Position numbers and translations under genes: made by a program
The notes under the pieces: generated by a model
What the model was told of the DNA's origin: nothing
Databases searched by the model: none
What the model saw: only the letters and a program-made list of their open reading frames with translations
Assembly: GCF_009914755.1 (NCBI RefSeq)
Contig: NC_060927.1
Direction: 5' to 3' (one strand)
DNA from: the human T2T-CHM13v2.0 reference genome, Homo sapiens
DNA: 64,000 nucleotides
Shown here: positions 25,046 through 40,136 of the stretch, one piece after another
Layout of the letters: every line of letters starts with the position of its first letter
How positions within the stretch are numbered: position 1 is the first letter of the stretch

Positions 25046-27855
25046 AAGGAATAATGAAAAGGGTAAAAAGAACAAGGGGTGCTCCAGGAAGAAAGAGTCC
25101 CCCCAGTCTTCATTCGCAGTTTATGGTTTCATAGGCAAAAATAATGGTCTAAGCCTCCCAATAGGGATAAATTTAGGGTGACTGTGTGGCTGACTATTCT
25201 GCTTCCTCAGGCAACACTAAAGTTTAGAAAGATATCATCAACGTTCTGTCACCAGTCTCTGATGCCACTATGTTCTTTGCAGGCAAAGACTTGTTCAATG
25301 CGAATTTCCCCTTCTACATTGTCTATCCCTGTTTTTATATGTCTCCATTCTTTTTAAAATCTTAACATATGGAGCAGCCTTTCCTATGAATTTAAATATG
25401 CCTTTAAAATAAGTCACTGTTGACAGGGTCATGAGTTTCCGAGTATAGTTTTCTTTTTATCTTATTTTTACTCGTCCGTTGAAAAGATAATCAAGGCCTA
25501 CATTTTAGCTGAGGATAATGAACTTTTTTCCTCATTCGGCTGTATAATACATAACCACAGCAAGACTGACATCCACTTAGGATGATACAAAGCAGTGTAA
25601 CTGAAAATGTTTCTTTTAATTGATTTAAAGGACTTGTCTTCTATACCACCCTTGTCCTCATCTCAGGTAATTTATGAAATCTATGTAAACTTGAAAAATA
25701 TTTCTTAATTTTTGTTTTTGCTCCAGTCAATTCCTGATTATCCACAGGTCAACCCACATTTTTTCATTCCTTCTCCCTATCTGCTTATATCGCATTGCTC
25801 ATTTAGAGTTTGCAGGAGGCTCCATACTAGGTTCAGTCTGAAAGAAATCTCCTAATGGTGCTATAGAGAGGGAGGTAACAGAAAGACTCTTTTAGGGCAT
25901 TTTTCTGACTCATGAAAAGAGCACAGAAAAGGATGTTTGGCAATTTGTCTTTTAAGTCTTAACCTTGCTAATGTGAATACTGGGAAAGTGATTTTTTCTC
26001 ACTCGTTTTTGTTGCTCCATTGTAAAGGGCGGAGGTCAGTCTTAGTGGCCTTGAGAGTTGCTTTTGGCATTAATATTCTAAGAGAATTAACTGTATTTCC
26101 TGTCACCTATTCACTAGTGCAGGAAATATACTTGCTCCAAATAAGTCAGTATGAGAAGTCACTGTCAATGAAAGTTGTTTTGTTTGTTTTCAGTAATATT
26201 TTGCTGTTTTTAAGACTTGGAAAACTAAGTGCAGAGTTTACAGAGTGGTAAATATCTATGTTACATGTAGATTATACATATATATACACACGTGTATATG
26301 AGATATATATCTTATATCTCCACAAACACAAATTATATATATACATATCCACACACATACATTACATATATCTGTGTATATAAATCCACATGCACATGAA
26401 ATATATATATATATATAATTTGTGTGTGTGTATGTGTATGTATATGACTTTAAATAGCTATGGGTACAATATTAAAAACCACTGGAACTCTTGTCCAGTT
26501 TTTAAATTATGTTTTTACTGGAATGTTTTTGTGTCAGTGTTTTCTGTACATATTATTTGTTAATTCACAGCTCACAGAGTGATAGTTGTCATAGTTCTTG
26601 CCTTCCCTAAGTTTATATAAATAACTTAAGTATTGCTACAGTTTATCTAGGTTGCAGTGGCATCTGCTGTGCACAGAGCTTCCATGGTCACTGCTAAGCA
26701 GTAGCCAGCCATCGGGCATTAATTGATTTCCTACTATATTCCCAGCAGACACATTTAGAAACTAAGCTATGTTAACCTCAGTGCTCAACTATTTGAACTG
26801 TTGAGTGATAAAGGAAACAAATATAACTGTAAATGAATCTTGGTATCCTGTGAAACAGAATAATTCGTAATTTAAGAAAGCCCTTATCCCGGTAACATGA
26901 ATGTTGATGAACAAATGTAAAATTATATCCTATATTTAAGTACCCATAATAAATCATTTCCCTCTATAAGTGTTATTGATTATTTTAAATTGAAAAAAGT
27001 TTCACTTGGATGAAAAAAGTAGAAAAGTAGGTCATTCTTGGATCTACTTTTTTTTAGCCTTATTAATATTTTTCCCTATTAGAAACCACAATTACTCCCT
27101 CTATTAACCCTTCACTTACTAGACCAGAAAAGAACTTATTCCAGATAAGCTTTGAATATCAATTCTTACATAAACTTTAGGCAAACAGGGAATAGTCTAG
27201 TCACCAAAGGACCATTCTCTTGCCAATGCTGCATTCCTTTTGCACTTTTGGATTCCATATTTATCCCAAATGCTGTTGGGCACCCCTAGAAATACCTTGA
27301 TGTTTTTTCTATTTATATGCCTGCCTTTGGTACTTAATTTTACAAATGCTGTAATATAAAGCATATCAAGTTTATGTGATACGTATCATTGCAAGAGAAT
27401 TTGTTTCAAGATTTTTTTTTAATGTTCCAGAAGATGGCCAATAGAGAACATTCAAGGGAAATGGGGAAACATAATTTAGAGAACAAGAACAAACCATGTC
27501 TCAAATTTTTTTAAAAAAAATTAATGGTTTTAAATATATGCTATAGGGACGTTCCATGCCCAGGTTAACAAAGAACTGTGATATATAGAGTGTCTAATTA
27601 CAAAATCATATACGATTTATTTAATTCTCTTCTGTATTGTAACTTAGATGATTCCCAAGGACTCTAATAAAAAATCACTTCATTGTATTTGGAAACAAAA
27701 ACATCATTCATTAATTACTTATTTTCTTTCCATAGGTTTTAATATTTTGAGAGTGTCTTTTTTATTTCATTCATGAACTTTTGTATTTTTCATTTTTCAT
27801 TTGATTTGTAAATTTACTTATGTTAAAAATAAACCATTTATTTTCAGCTTTGAAT
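25046..27855 (+). other. IL1RAP: 3'UTR of exon 12 (about 2.8 kb, AU-rich; TA/CA low-complexity tract at 26260-26460)
   Basis: Follows the stop codon; AATAAA at 26948, 27666 and 27828. Confidence 0.75.
27828..27833 (+). promoter_or_regulatory. Likely main poly(A) signal of exon 12
   Basis: AATAAA with upstream TGTA/U-rich elements and a downstream U/GU-rich element (ttttgtgcatgtgtttt). Confidence 0.75.
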
Positions 27856-28097
27856 TTTATTTTGTGCATGTGTTTTATGTCATTTGGTCATTTGGTCATT
27901 TCACATTTGGTCATAAGTGAAAACAGAAAGAATTTATTATATTCACAAAGAAATATAATAAGTTACATTAGTTAAGTGTCTTTCTGAGATAAATCTGAGT
28001 AAAATGGGAACTTCTTATCAAGAACATTTTCTTTACATGGAAGTAAAAGTTACTTAAGTAAAATGAATTGTTCCAGAATACTAGGACATATTTTATG

Positions 28098-28113
28098 GGT
28101 GTATATGTGTTTA

Positions 28114-28146
<33 letters not shown>

Positions 28147-28155
28147 GTGTGTATG
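28098..28155 (+). repeat. (GTATGT)n/GT-rich simple repeat
   Basis: Read directly. Confidence 0.9.
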
Positions 28156-28507
28156 CAGAGAGACAGAAAGACTGTCAAAAAGATGGAAAGATACAGAGAG
28201 ACAGAGAAAAAGGAGAGAAAGATTATTTTAATACAAAGGAAAACAAGCTTATTCCTTTTTACTCAACTTGGAACTTAGGTCGTTTACAGGAATATTTTTC
28301 ATCTAATAGGCTTTAACGCAACCACACGGTAGTTGCTTTGGAAATAGATAAAACTAATGCCATGACTTTAGTTAATTGATGATCATTTGAATCAAAGATG
28401 CATTTCTGTTACAAATTTTGAATAAATCAGTGATTAATATTTGGAAACATATTTTATTTTCGGTTAATAATACAAGTCCATAGTGACAGGGATGCCTTTT
28501 TGCTTTA

Positions 28508-28821
<314 letters not shown>

Positions 28822-30529
28822 TCATTTTACTGAGCCCTGTAACATGCTCAGAATTGGTTAGCTTAGTAAAGGTTCTTCTACTGAAGAATTAATTTTCCTT
28901 TTGCAAACCAGCCCCAAAAGTGTAGGCTTAGGATCAACGGATCGAAGTTACAAGGCAACAGATTTCTGCTCAGTTAGAAAATAGCTGTAAAGCAGAGTTC
29001 GACACTAATGGAATTCACTATCTTTGGAAATACTAGGCCTGCCATTACCAGAGGTATATAAGCATTTATTTGATAGATTTTCATTGAGATTTTGTATATG
29101 AGTTTTTTGCACTGGATAAGTGGTTTTGAGTCTGAAGTTGTTTCCAACCCTGAACGTGTTAAGTGACCTACTAGAACATACTGGTGACTCTTTGGAAGAT
29201 TCAACTTCAGCATTTTGCATATGATCTACCTGGCTGTGATTAACCTTCCTTAAACTCTCAAGATTTTTTTTTCCAGTATATACTGATGTCACTAGCTCTT
29301 TAACGCAAGTAAATACACAGTATGGTATGAGAGACGGGTTTAGCAACTAGTCTATCTTATTTCTCTGTTTCTACTCAAGGAATATAAAGTAACCTTAGTA
29401 ATGAGTTAGGAGATGGAGTGTTTTAGTAGTAATTTTAATCTACATCTATTTAAAACTGAATAGACAGAACTTTTACACACTATTACTCTTATAAATCCAC
29501 ATAGTAAGATGATATTTTAAAGTTAGCATTAATAATTGATACAGATTCAATAAACATTAGTCCATATATGATTTTACTATTGTGTTCACTAGACGTTGAG
29601 CAACAGTAATTTAATCAAAGTGATTTATGCAATGTGTACTGTGTGCTAGAAATTCACATGTAGGCATCTAATTTGTTTATCAGCCCTACGAGTTTACTTT
29701 ATCATATGCATTTTATAGATGGATGAACTAGGACTCAAAAGATATTAAGATACAAATAGGGATAAATGGAGAAAGCAATATTTGAAACCACATTCGTCTT
29801 CCAAGTTAAATATTTCCTTTTTTCTATACTTCAAGTTTTAATAGAGAAAATGAAAGAGACAGAGGTTTGCTGTTCTTTTATCTACTAATAACTCATCCAG
29901 AGGAGAAAAAAAAAAATGACCATCCTAGTTTTCTTCTAAGTGAACTCCATGGAAGTTATGACTTTTACAGGCAAGAGTATTCTTGAGTATTGAAGAGTTC
30001 TCAGTCATACAACATGACTTCAAAGCCAATTTAGTACCACACAAGAAAACAAATCTCATTATTATATGGCCATACCTCATTTTTTGAGCCAAACAGAATA
30101 AATGAGCTAAATTACTACTCCTCCAAGTAAACTTTAGCATTAAAAATAATAGCTCCTGTCCTCAAATATGAAGTTTTGGCAATATAGAAGGTATTTTAAA
30201 AATATGCAATAAAGCATGCAACTCCCTTTACAGTATTAAGTGAAGATCCTTCGGTATAGCCCAGGACCTTTCTGAGAAGCATCTCCTACATGTGTTTCTC
30301 AACGTCTAAAATTCCGCCACTCTTACCTGCATTTAGCATTGTCCTCTTTCAAATCTAAACTTCCTCACTTTCTGGATGGAGTACCAATAAAAAAATTAAA
30401 GAGCAACAGACTCAAAAGTCATTTTTTAAGAAGATCTGGAACAGTGTTTGTTGTATTTTAAACAACAATATTCCTATTGGCAAAAACATACATTTTCCTA
30501 AGGTGACTGTTTTGAAGTGAAACATCATA

Positions 30530-30530
<1 letters not shown>

Positions 30531-30572
<42 letters not shown>
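30531..30572 (+). repeat. (CA)21 microsatellite
   Basis: Read directly. Confidence 0.98.
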
Positions 30573-30574
<2 letters not shown>

Positions 30575-31898
30575 TTGCATGAGTTCTCTTTGTTGACAAG
30601 CTAGCCATGTTGCCTTAAGGTTATTTCACATTTCTCAGGAGCCAGGAGAAGCAGTAGACTTCCCACTTTCATATTCTCTGATTTATGAGAGGCAGCCTCT
30701 TAAGATTCTGAGTAGGACTAGAGGGGACTGAGGAGTTGCTAAAACACATGCACATGTGCACACACTCGTACACACAGAAGGGTTTTAATGATAAACGAGA
30801 ATTTAAATTTATCTCTTAAGAATGAATGAAACAAAATGTCTCTAAAAACATTTTTGCACTCCTGCTTAAACCAATCAAAAGTTCTCAAAACTTGAGCACG
30901 TGTCTCTCCAATTTCCCTTCAAATTCATGTTAAATCCACTGATTGAAAAAAACAAAACTATAATCTGTAAGAAGCACAGCTCCCTTATTCCCTGTCAAGT
31001 TCACAATGACCAATGCAAACTTTCAGTCTGTCTTCCAAGGCTGAAAACTCTCTCCGTTACTGTTTCGTCCCTGGACCAAAAGCAGAGGTGTTCACCCTCA
31101 CACGGTGACTCTGGCACATGTTTTCAAAGTTATAAATGGCTAGGATTTACAATTTTGAACCTTTTTCCTTCAGGATATGGCATGTTCTAAGCTCCTAAAT
31201 CTCACAGTGAGTTAAGCATTACATTTATTTGAAGAACTTTCCCTTGGGATCTGTCCAAATCCACTTTGATACCATTAGAATCGAATGGTTTGCCAGAAGT
31301 CTTAGCTACTTGACTAATTCTTACCCATTTTCATTGTTTTTGCCCCTTTAATTCCAATTCTTCACACACAGACGCACACACACACGCACCACACACACAG
31401 AAAAAAGAATTTAATTGATAACAAGATAAATACTATGAACTACTATGAACTGTCCGATGTTGTGTCCAAAAATGTTAAGTATCAAAGGATATAACTGAGA
31501 ATCTTAGGAGGTGATAATTCCTGTTGCTCTTTGCTGATCAGACTATGTCAGGAGCATTATGTTCACTCCTGTTCATAATACTACTCTTAGAAGACACATC
31601 TATAAACTGAACATTATCCAGAGGAAAATGGTAAACATGCAGAGGAGACATGAGGCCATGTCATTTATGGAATAAGAGAAATATCCTGAAAATATTTAAT
31701 CCAGACATAAGAAGAAAATACTACAAAGATATAAAAATGGTTTTCAAATATTCTAAACATTTAAAGACTCAAGATCTGACCACCAGATAACATTTGCGAG
31801 GAAGAAGATTTCAAAACAAGAAATAATTTGTAAACAGAGCTGAAATGACTTGCTTTTGATGGTGGCTAATATTTTGAGGGTAGTTACTCAATTGCCCA

Positions 31899-31900
<2 letters not shown>

Positions 31901-31948
<48 letters not shown>
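31901..31948 (+). repeat. (GT)24 microsatellite
   Basis: Read directly. Confidence 0.98.
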
Positions 31949-31951
<3 letters not shown>

Positions 31952-32230
31952 AAGAAAGACTTATTGAAGAAGGAGACTACTGCAATGAGGGTTTTGCAGT
32001 AGGAGAGAGAGACTGAGCTCAACTACCATACCATCCTTGAAGGCAGTAAATTCTTAGCAACCATTGACAAGAGTGGTGTAGATTTTTTTGACTGGGTAAA
32101 TTATTCAGCACTGAGATTCTGTCATCTCAAGTGTTTGTTCATTCCCTGTCCTCTGGAGGATGGACAATAACGAACTGGAATATATGTAAGTTTTCACTAT
32201 ACATTGTCCTATATTTCCATTTTCCTATAG

Positions 32231-32949
32231 ATACAGTGGAAGCAGTTTTTGATTTCATTCAGAGAAGCAGAAGGATGATTGTTGTTCTGAGCCCTGACTA
32301 TGTGACAGAAAAGAGCATCAGCATGCTGGAGTTTAAACTGGGTGTCATGTGCCAGAACTCCATTGCCACCAAGCTCATTGTGGTTGAGTACCGTCCCCTT
32401 GAGCACCCGCACCCAGGCATTCTTCAGCTCAAAGAGTCTGTGTCTTTTGTGAGCTGGAAGGGAGAAAAGTCCAAACATTCTGGCTCTAAATTCTGGAAAG
32501 CTTTGCGGTTGGCTCTTCCCCTGAGAAGTCTGAGTGCCAGTTCTGGCTGGAATGAGAGCTGCTCTTCCCAGTCTGACATCAGTCTGGATCACGTTCAAAG
32601 GAGGAGAAGTCGTTTGAAAGAGCCCCCAGAACTTCAGAGCTCAGAGAGGGCTGCAGGTAGCCCTCCAGCCCCAGGCACAATGTCCAAGCACCGAGGGAAG
32701 TCCTCCGCCACCTGCCGCTGTTGTGTCACCTACTGTGAAGGAGAGAATCACCTTAGGAACAAGAGCCGGGCAGAGATTCATAACCAGCCCCAGTGGGAGA
32801 CACACCTCTGTAAGCCTGTTCCCCAAGAGTCAGAAACTCAATGGATACAAAATGGCACCAGATTGGAACCCCCTGCTCCCCAGATCTCAGCCCTTGCTCT
32901 TCATCATTTCACGGACTTATCCAATAACAACGACTTTTATATCCTATAA
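32231..32949 (+). CDS. IL1RAP: IL1RAP exon 12b coding part (neuronal AcPb / IL-1RAcP687: variant TIR half plus extended tail)
   Basis: cctatag|AT ACA, encoding (N)TVEAVFDFIQRSRRMIVVLSPDYV...NNNDFYIL*; 239 codons fit the known 687-aa isoform; same phase as exon 12. Confidence 0.97.
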
Positions 32950-33516
32950 TTACTGTGTGTGGTGGGTGGTGGCTACTATCTCTACCAACCCTCTGTATGT
33001 CATGAACCTGTGGGAAAATCTGACATTTTTATCATCTAATGGACTATCAGATTTCTGTCCCCTTTATTGATTTTTAAAAACTATTTATTTCTAGGAGACA
33101 AAAGACCTGAAGGACCTGAATCCAGAATTATTGCCTCTAAAGGCCTCAGAAGAGCACACTCTTCTTGGGCCCTAGAAGGTCAGTATGTGAAAGTTGCCTA
33201 AAGTCTGATCCTCTATCTTGTCCAATGGTTTAAAACTGAGCTAAGAATTTAAATGTGTTTCTTTTCAGTGAGTTGATCAACCTCACATTATAAGTCAGTC
33301 AGGTGTACTTGGGCTATGATGCTTACAGGGTGTATGCATTCCCAGGGAGCAGCATGGAAAGGAGCTGGTTCTGGTGGAAGCTGTAGGACGAAGCTCAACA
33401 GAAAACCTACAGCACATTTTTCCTCAAAGAACCAAACATACCCACCCAGGGATACATGGCGTTCTCTGTCTCACTGTAAACTAGTGTTCTCTAAACTGCC
33501 TAACATTGTTAGCATC

Positions 33517-33522
33517 AATAAA
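33517..33522 (+). promoter_or_regulatory. Likely poly(A) signal of exon 12b
   Basis: First AATAAA after the stop codon, with U-rich sequence downstream. Confidence 0.7.
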
Positions 33523-33859
33523 ATTCTATTTTTACGTCATTTTATTTGTACTAACAAATTTTTACATCTCTCTCACCCTTCTACTTCCTATGATTGTTGT
33601 ATTCTTATCTGGAGAGTATTCCATTTCAGAAAATGGAGATTTGGTTTAGGTACCAGAAAAACTAAGATGCCTTTTTTGTTTCTCTCTGATATGTAATGGG
33701 AGAGATGTGGAAAATAACCAAAAGAGAGGGAGAATGTGACTTAAATGAAATGGAAGTTTACAACAATCTCATATTTTTAGAACTGACAGATGAAAAATTC
33801 CGTATTGTAAGTGATGTAGCGTAGAAATAGGTGCCTTCGTCCCATTCAGGCTTCTGAGA

Positions 33860-34630
<771 letters not shown>

Positions 34631-37535
34631 TAACTAAAGTATTCAGCCAAAGAACATATCTCCAAATGGAATTTTAGTGTCCCTGATAATACCAGAACTG
34701 GAAGACACAGGTTGGCTCTAAGGACATAGTGGAGCATGTTTATCCTCTCCTCAAATTGAAGACATCTGGGCTGTTACAATTGAGCTGATCTGACCTAACC
34801 CTCCATTAGAAAAGAAAAATCTGGAAAATTCGGTGCCTTCCATTTACTCTTTAGAGGTTTCTTGCCTGCTTACTGTCAGAAAATAAGAAGAACGAAGTCT
34901 GCTACTCCTGAACATGAGCAGAACCAAAAAAGCAAGAGACCACACCTTACATGAGAAGTCACCTTTAATACATTAGCTGTGGCTGTTAGTGAGTTGTGGC
35001 CCAATGAGTGTCAGTGGCTCCCGGTCAGTAACAGTGAATGGGCAGTGGGGAAAGAAAGAAAGCAGTTTCATCTCACTACCCCTCTTGAAAATGTTCTCAG
35101 AAGATCCTTTCTTTGTCGAAACAAACAAACAAACAAAAAACTAGAAGATTCCTACTCCAAAGATGGGGGAACAAGGGCCCCCTAGAGTAAATGTGAACTC
35201 ACCCTGAAACTTGTAATCAGAAAACGACAGGCCACCCTAACTAAATATCCAGTAGAAAATGACTTAGCACAACCCAAAGGCCTTGTCCTCTATTAAATCC
35301 CTTCTTGTAAAGAATAATCCATCCTTGATGTATATTCAAGAACCTTCAGTTGGAAGACAGATAGCAGTTTCTCTCCAAATCTATTAATAATGGGTAATGT
35401 AAGCGGCTCCGAAGCTCAAGGAGGGAGAAGATTCTCTGACCCACTATCAGTGTTATGCCTTATTAACACAGCATCTCAAAGTGTAAAATATCTTTGGAAG
35501 AAAATGAGAAATTAAATTTTTCATTTATACATTATTTTCTGTTTTAGTGAAGACAAAGAAATGAAAGAACTATTGGCAGAGTCATGGAAAATTAAATATG
35601 AGCTCATATTATATGAGTAGCTAGAAAATTTTGGTGCTCTCAAAACTACATTTTGGCAAGTATCAATTTCCTTGGACAATATAAGTGTAGTGGAAGCAGT
35701 AAAAGTCTTAGTTTTCAGTATTAGTTATACAGCGGTCAGAAAGATAATAGACTATACTTCTACTGTATGGAGAAAGGATCAGAGGTTATATTATTATTTC
35801 TTGACCTGACATGCCAAATTGAATGTGATGTTCAGTACCATACATTTCAATGAAGCAAATTATAATAAGAAAGAAATTTTTTTCATGGGCCATGCATATC
35901 CATAATAGAAATAACAGGATTGTAGGGTAAATGGATATATCATTGCATAAGAAATATTGTCTACTTAGTTGCATGAGTTTTAAATCAAATAGAGATGGAT
36001 GTGAGTCCTACTTCTCTCCTATCTGTTTGAACATGGTCTCTCTGAGCCTCAATTTCCTACTAGCTAAAATAAAGATACTATTATCAACCTCATTGGATGT
36101 TGATGGCATTAAATGATATATTATACATTTATTTCATATGCCTCACCTTTTTTAAACTCTTGTAAAATGTCCAAAAGCAGTATAGAACAGGACCATATTA
36201 TCCAGCTTAAGTGACTTTCCTAGTGACACTCAGCCAATTATCAATAGGGTTGAGTCTCCAATCCAGACTCTGACACTTGATCCACTGCCAATTCTAGAAC
36301 CATCCATGTAAGATTGAAGGGGAAGTAATTCTATTACAAAGCTACCTCAGTGGAATTATTTAATCTGGGCCATAAAACATTCAAGTAAAAAAAGCAGTTA
36401 ATGTAAACCCACACACAGCTAATTAAATGTTATATTAAGGGTCTGATATGTCATCTGACCTTGTCATATTATTATTTTACATGGCTTAATTTTAAAATAT
36501 TATAAACTTTCTTAAAGCATTTAAAAGATAGAATTTTTTTAATGTCCTCTAGACTCTATGATAATGCTATATTTTTTGCCTTCAAAATAAATTATTTGAA
36601 TTTTTCTTGGTGGAAAATAAAAATATATTCACCATTTACCTTGAAAAACAAATTTTCTTTGGCAGCTCGATAAAAACTGAATTTCAGAGTTACCTTCTCC
36701 TGTAACTATTAAGAACTCTAGTAACAATGTATTCACTCCCAGATTGAAGATTTGAAGGGGCTGGGAAAACTAATGTTTTGGTTCAGAAAAAGTCATGAAT
36801 AATAAATTGAACTAATCATAAAGATATGCACAGAAGGATAAGCAATTTATATGGCATTGGTTTAAAACTTTCGTGCATCTAACTTCCGTGCACGTAACTT
36901 GAGGGACATGTTACAGTGAAGGTCCCAGGGCAGGCCCTTCCCCAGAGAGACCAATTCATTAGGTGCTGGACATTGTCTAGAAGTCTGTATTTTTATATTG
37001 TGTCCTTGATAATTAAATAGAGCATTTCATAGGTCAATGTTGAAAAACTGCTACCTATGAGAACTCTTTCAAACTCTTTCCATATTTTTTGTATTATTGC
37101 TCAGGTTGTAAGGGAAAAGAGCCGCAATTAGGAGCTTGCCCAAGCCTTCTTGATATGTATTCCTTAATGTATCCACATTGGAACCATTTGGGGCTCATAT
37201 TAAGATGCATGTTATTTGACTCCATCCAAGATTAACTAAATGAGGATCCCTGATGTAGGGCGGATCTGCACGTGGAATAACTTTCCCAGGTGATTCTAAT
37301 GCACACAAAAAAACAAGAACCATTAATTTTTATCTCTCTTTAACTCCTCTTTTACCCTTGTAGGCTCTGATTTTCTCCAGCCAAGGACTACAAATCATCC
37401 TCTTAACAAGGTGTTTGCAGGCAATAGATGAAAACGTAGGGCATGTTTAGCCCTCGAAGTTGCCTCAGCACAAGGAAACAGTTGAATAGATGATTAGTAG
37501 AATGTATTTATAATATATGAAATATCAATCAGTGA

Positions 37536-38215
<680 letters not shown>

Positions 38216-39731
38216 ATATGATGAGAATAACATATTACGGAAGCCTGAAGAGGTAAGAAATCTTCAAACTGAGATATGTCACATACTTTGCTAATGAAAA
38301 AAAAAAAAAGGGACTTTGCTACCAGTACTCCACCTCAGTTTGCCAAAGTATCAAGATAAAACAGCATGCAGAAAAGTACACCTTGTTTGTAAGTGTTCCC
38401 CAAAGAAAAGTTGTTGAAGGAATGCATAATAATAACCATAGCTTCTGGCTAAGAGAAAGCATGCTTAAAAATTTGAAAGTTACTGTATTTGGTTACCTTC
38501 CATTCAGTAGCTTTAGCTAGTTCCCTAAGAATGTGATGCTCAAACTATCTGTAAATGAGCCATTTCATTTTGGATATCAAAGGAGCCTCAGAAGAAGTGA
38601 AGACATCTAGAACACAGCAGAGCATGTAACACAGTCATTAGAAAGCATCCCTTGATCCATCTATCTGAAGAGCTAAACAGGGGATTCAAAATGAACATGC
38701 TAAAGCTCAAGTGAAGGAAGAGACAAAAACTGGTGTATTATGAAGTGTGTGCATCTGCTCTCTCTACATTTGGATTCTCTGCTTGTATTAAAGATTTGAA
38801 TTTTTATATGACTTCTCCAATGTGTATGGAATCATTCGATCATGAAGAAGGGCTCTCTTTGGTTTGGCAAAGATTTGTGCTTAATAAGTCTTGGTCTATG
38901 TTACTAAGTTATAATGTTGAACAAAAAAAACTATTATTTCTTAGTGTAGCAAGGAGATTACTGACACATTCAAAATCCCTTAGAAAATAATTCACAAAGT
39001 TTCTCTCTTGAACAGTTTAATCATTTCAAAATATTTAAATGAAAAAAATGACTCTTTGAAATGAGCTTATTGGAAGAAAGAAGAAAGATTCAAACTAAAC
39101 TTTGAAATCAGATCATGAGCTGTTTTTAACTTAACTCACCCAGGTAATTGGAATTTTAATACTTCATTGCTTTATTTTTTTAAAAAGAAAAAAATCTAAT
39201 GTATATTTAAGACTCAAAGACATATATAACTTATTAATTTTCTATTGTCAAAAACTGTGTCATATGCTTGCAATTAATTTAGCATTTGGCATTGTGTTTT
39301 GAAGTAACTTGGGCAAGTGGTTCTTACCTAGAATTTAATTTCATCTTTTAAAAAATTACACATACCTCGGGTCCATCTCAGTCTACTAAATCTCCCATAT
39401 TGATCTAGATATGTGCTCTGATATAGGATAACTGTCTTAAGTTTGCATATGTTTCAATGAGAAATAAATGATGTTATATTATAAATATATATTTAAAAGG
39501 CAAAAGAACTCCTAATATTGTAAATAATCCTTCTTAATATTCAAAACTTAAAACTCATTGCCAGATATTGGAATTGAATCATTTATTTTCATATCTTACT
39601 ATGAAATTACATAAAATATGAGAACACAAAATAAAGATAATAAAATGAGAGAAATAATCAGTGTAGTGACTGAATTGGGTAGCCAAAGGAGGCCATAACT
39701 CCAGTATGTATGACATCCATATCATCAGTTA

Positions 39732-40136
<405 letters not shown>

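Noticed and set aside
24745-25113. Antisense ORFs over exon 12 (and 32209-32598 over exon 12b)
   Set aside because: Typical open frames on the reverse strand of real coding exons
27022-27050. 3'UTR hairpin AAAAGTAGGTC/GATCTACTTTT
   Set aside because: Weak AT-rich stem with no match to an element I know (IRE, CDE, SECIS)
31977-32002. 9-bp hairpin CTACTGCAA/TTGCAGTAG next to the (GT)24
   Set aside because: Looks like part of a short old LTR fragment; too short to be significant
32131-32230. N-terminal extension of the 272-aa ORF as a stand-alone gene
   Set aside because: GTG start in intronic sequence; homology begins at the acceptor at 32231
32723-33070. 115-aa alternative-frame ORF overlapping exon 12b
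   Set aside because: Non-ATG start; no supporting splice or homology evidence
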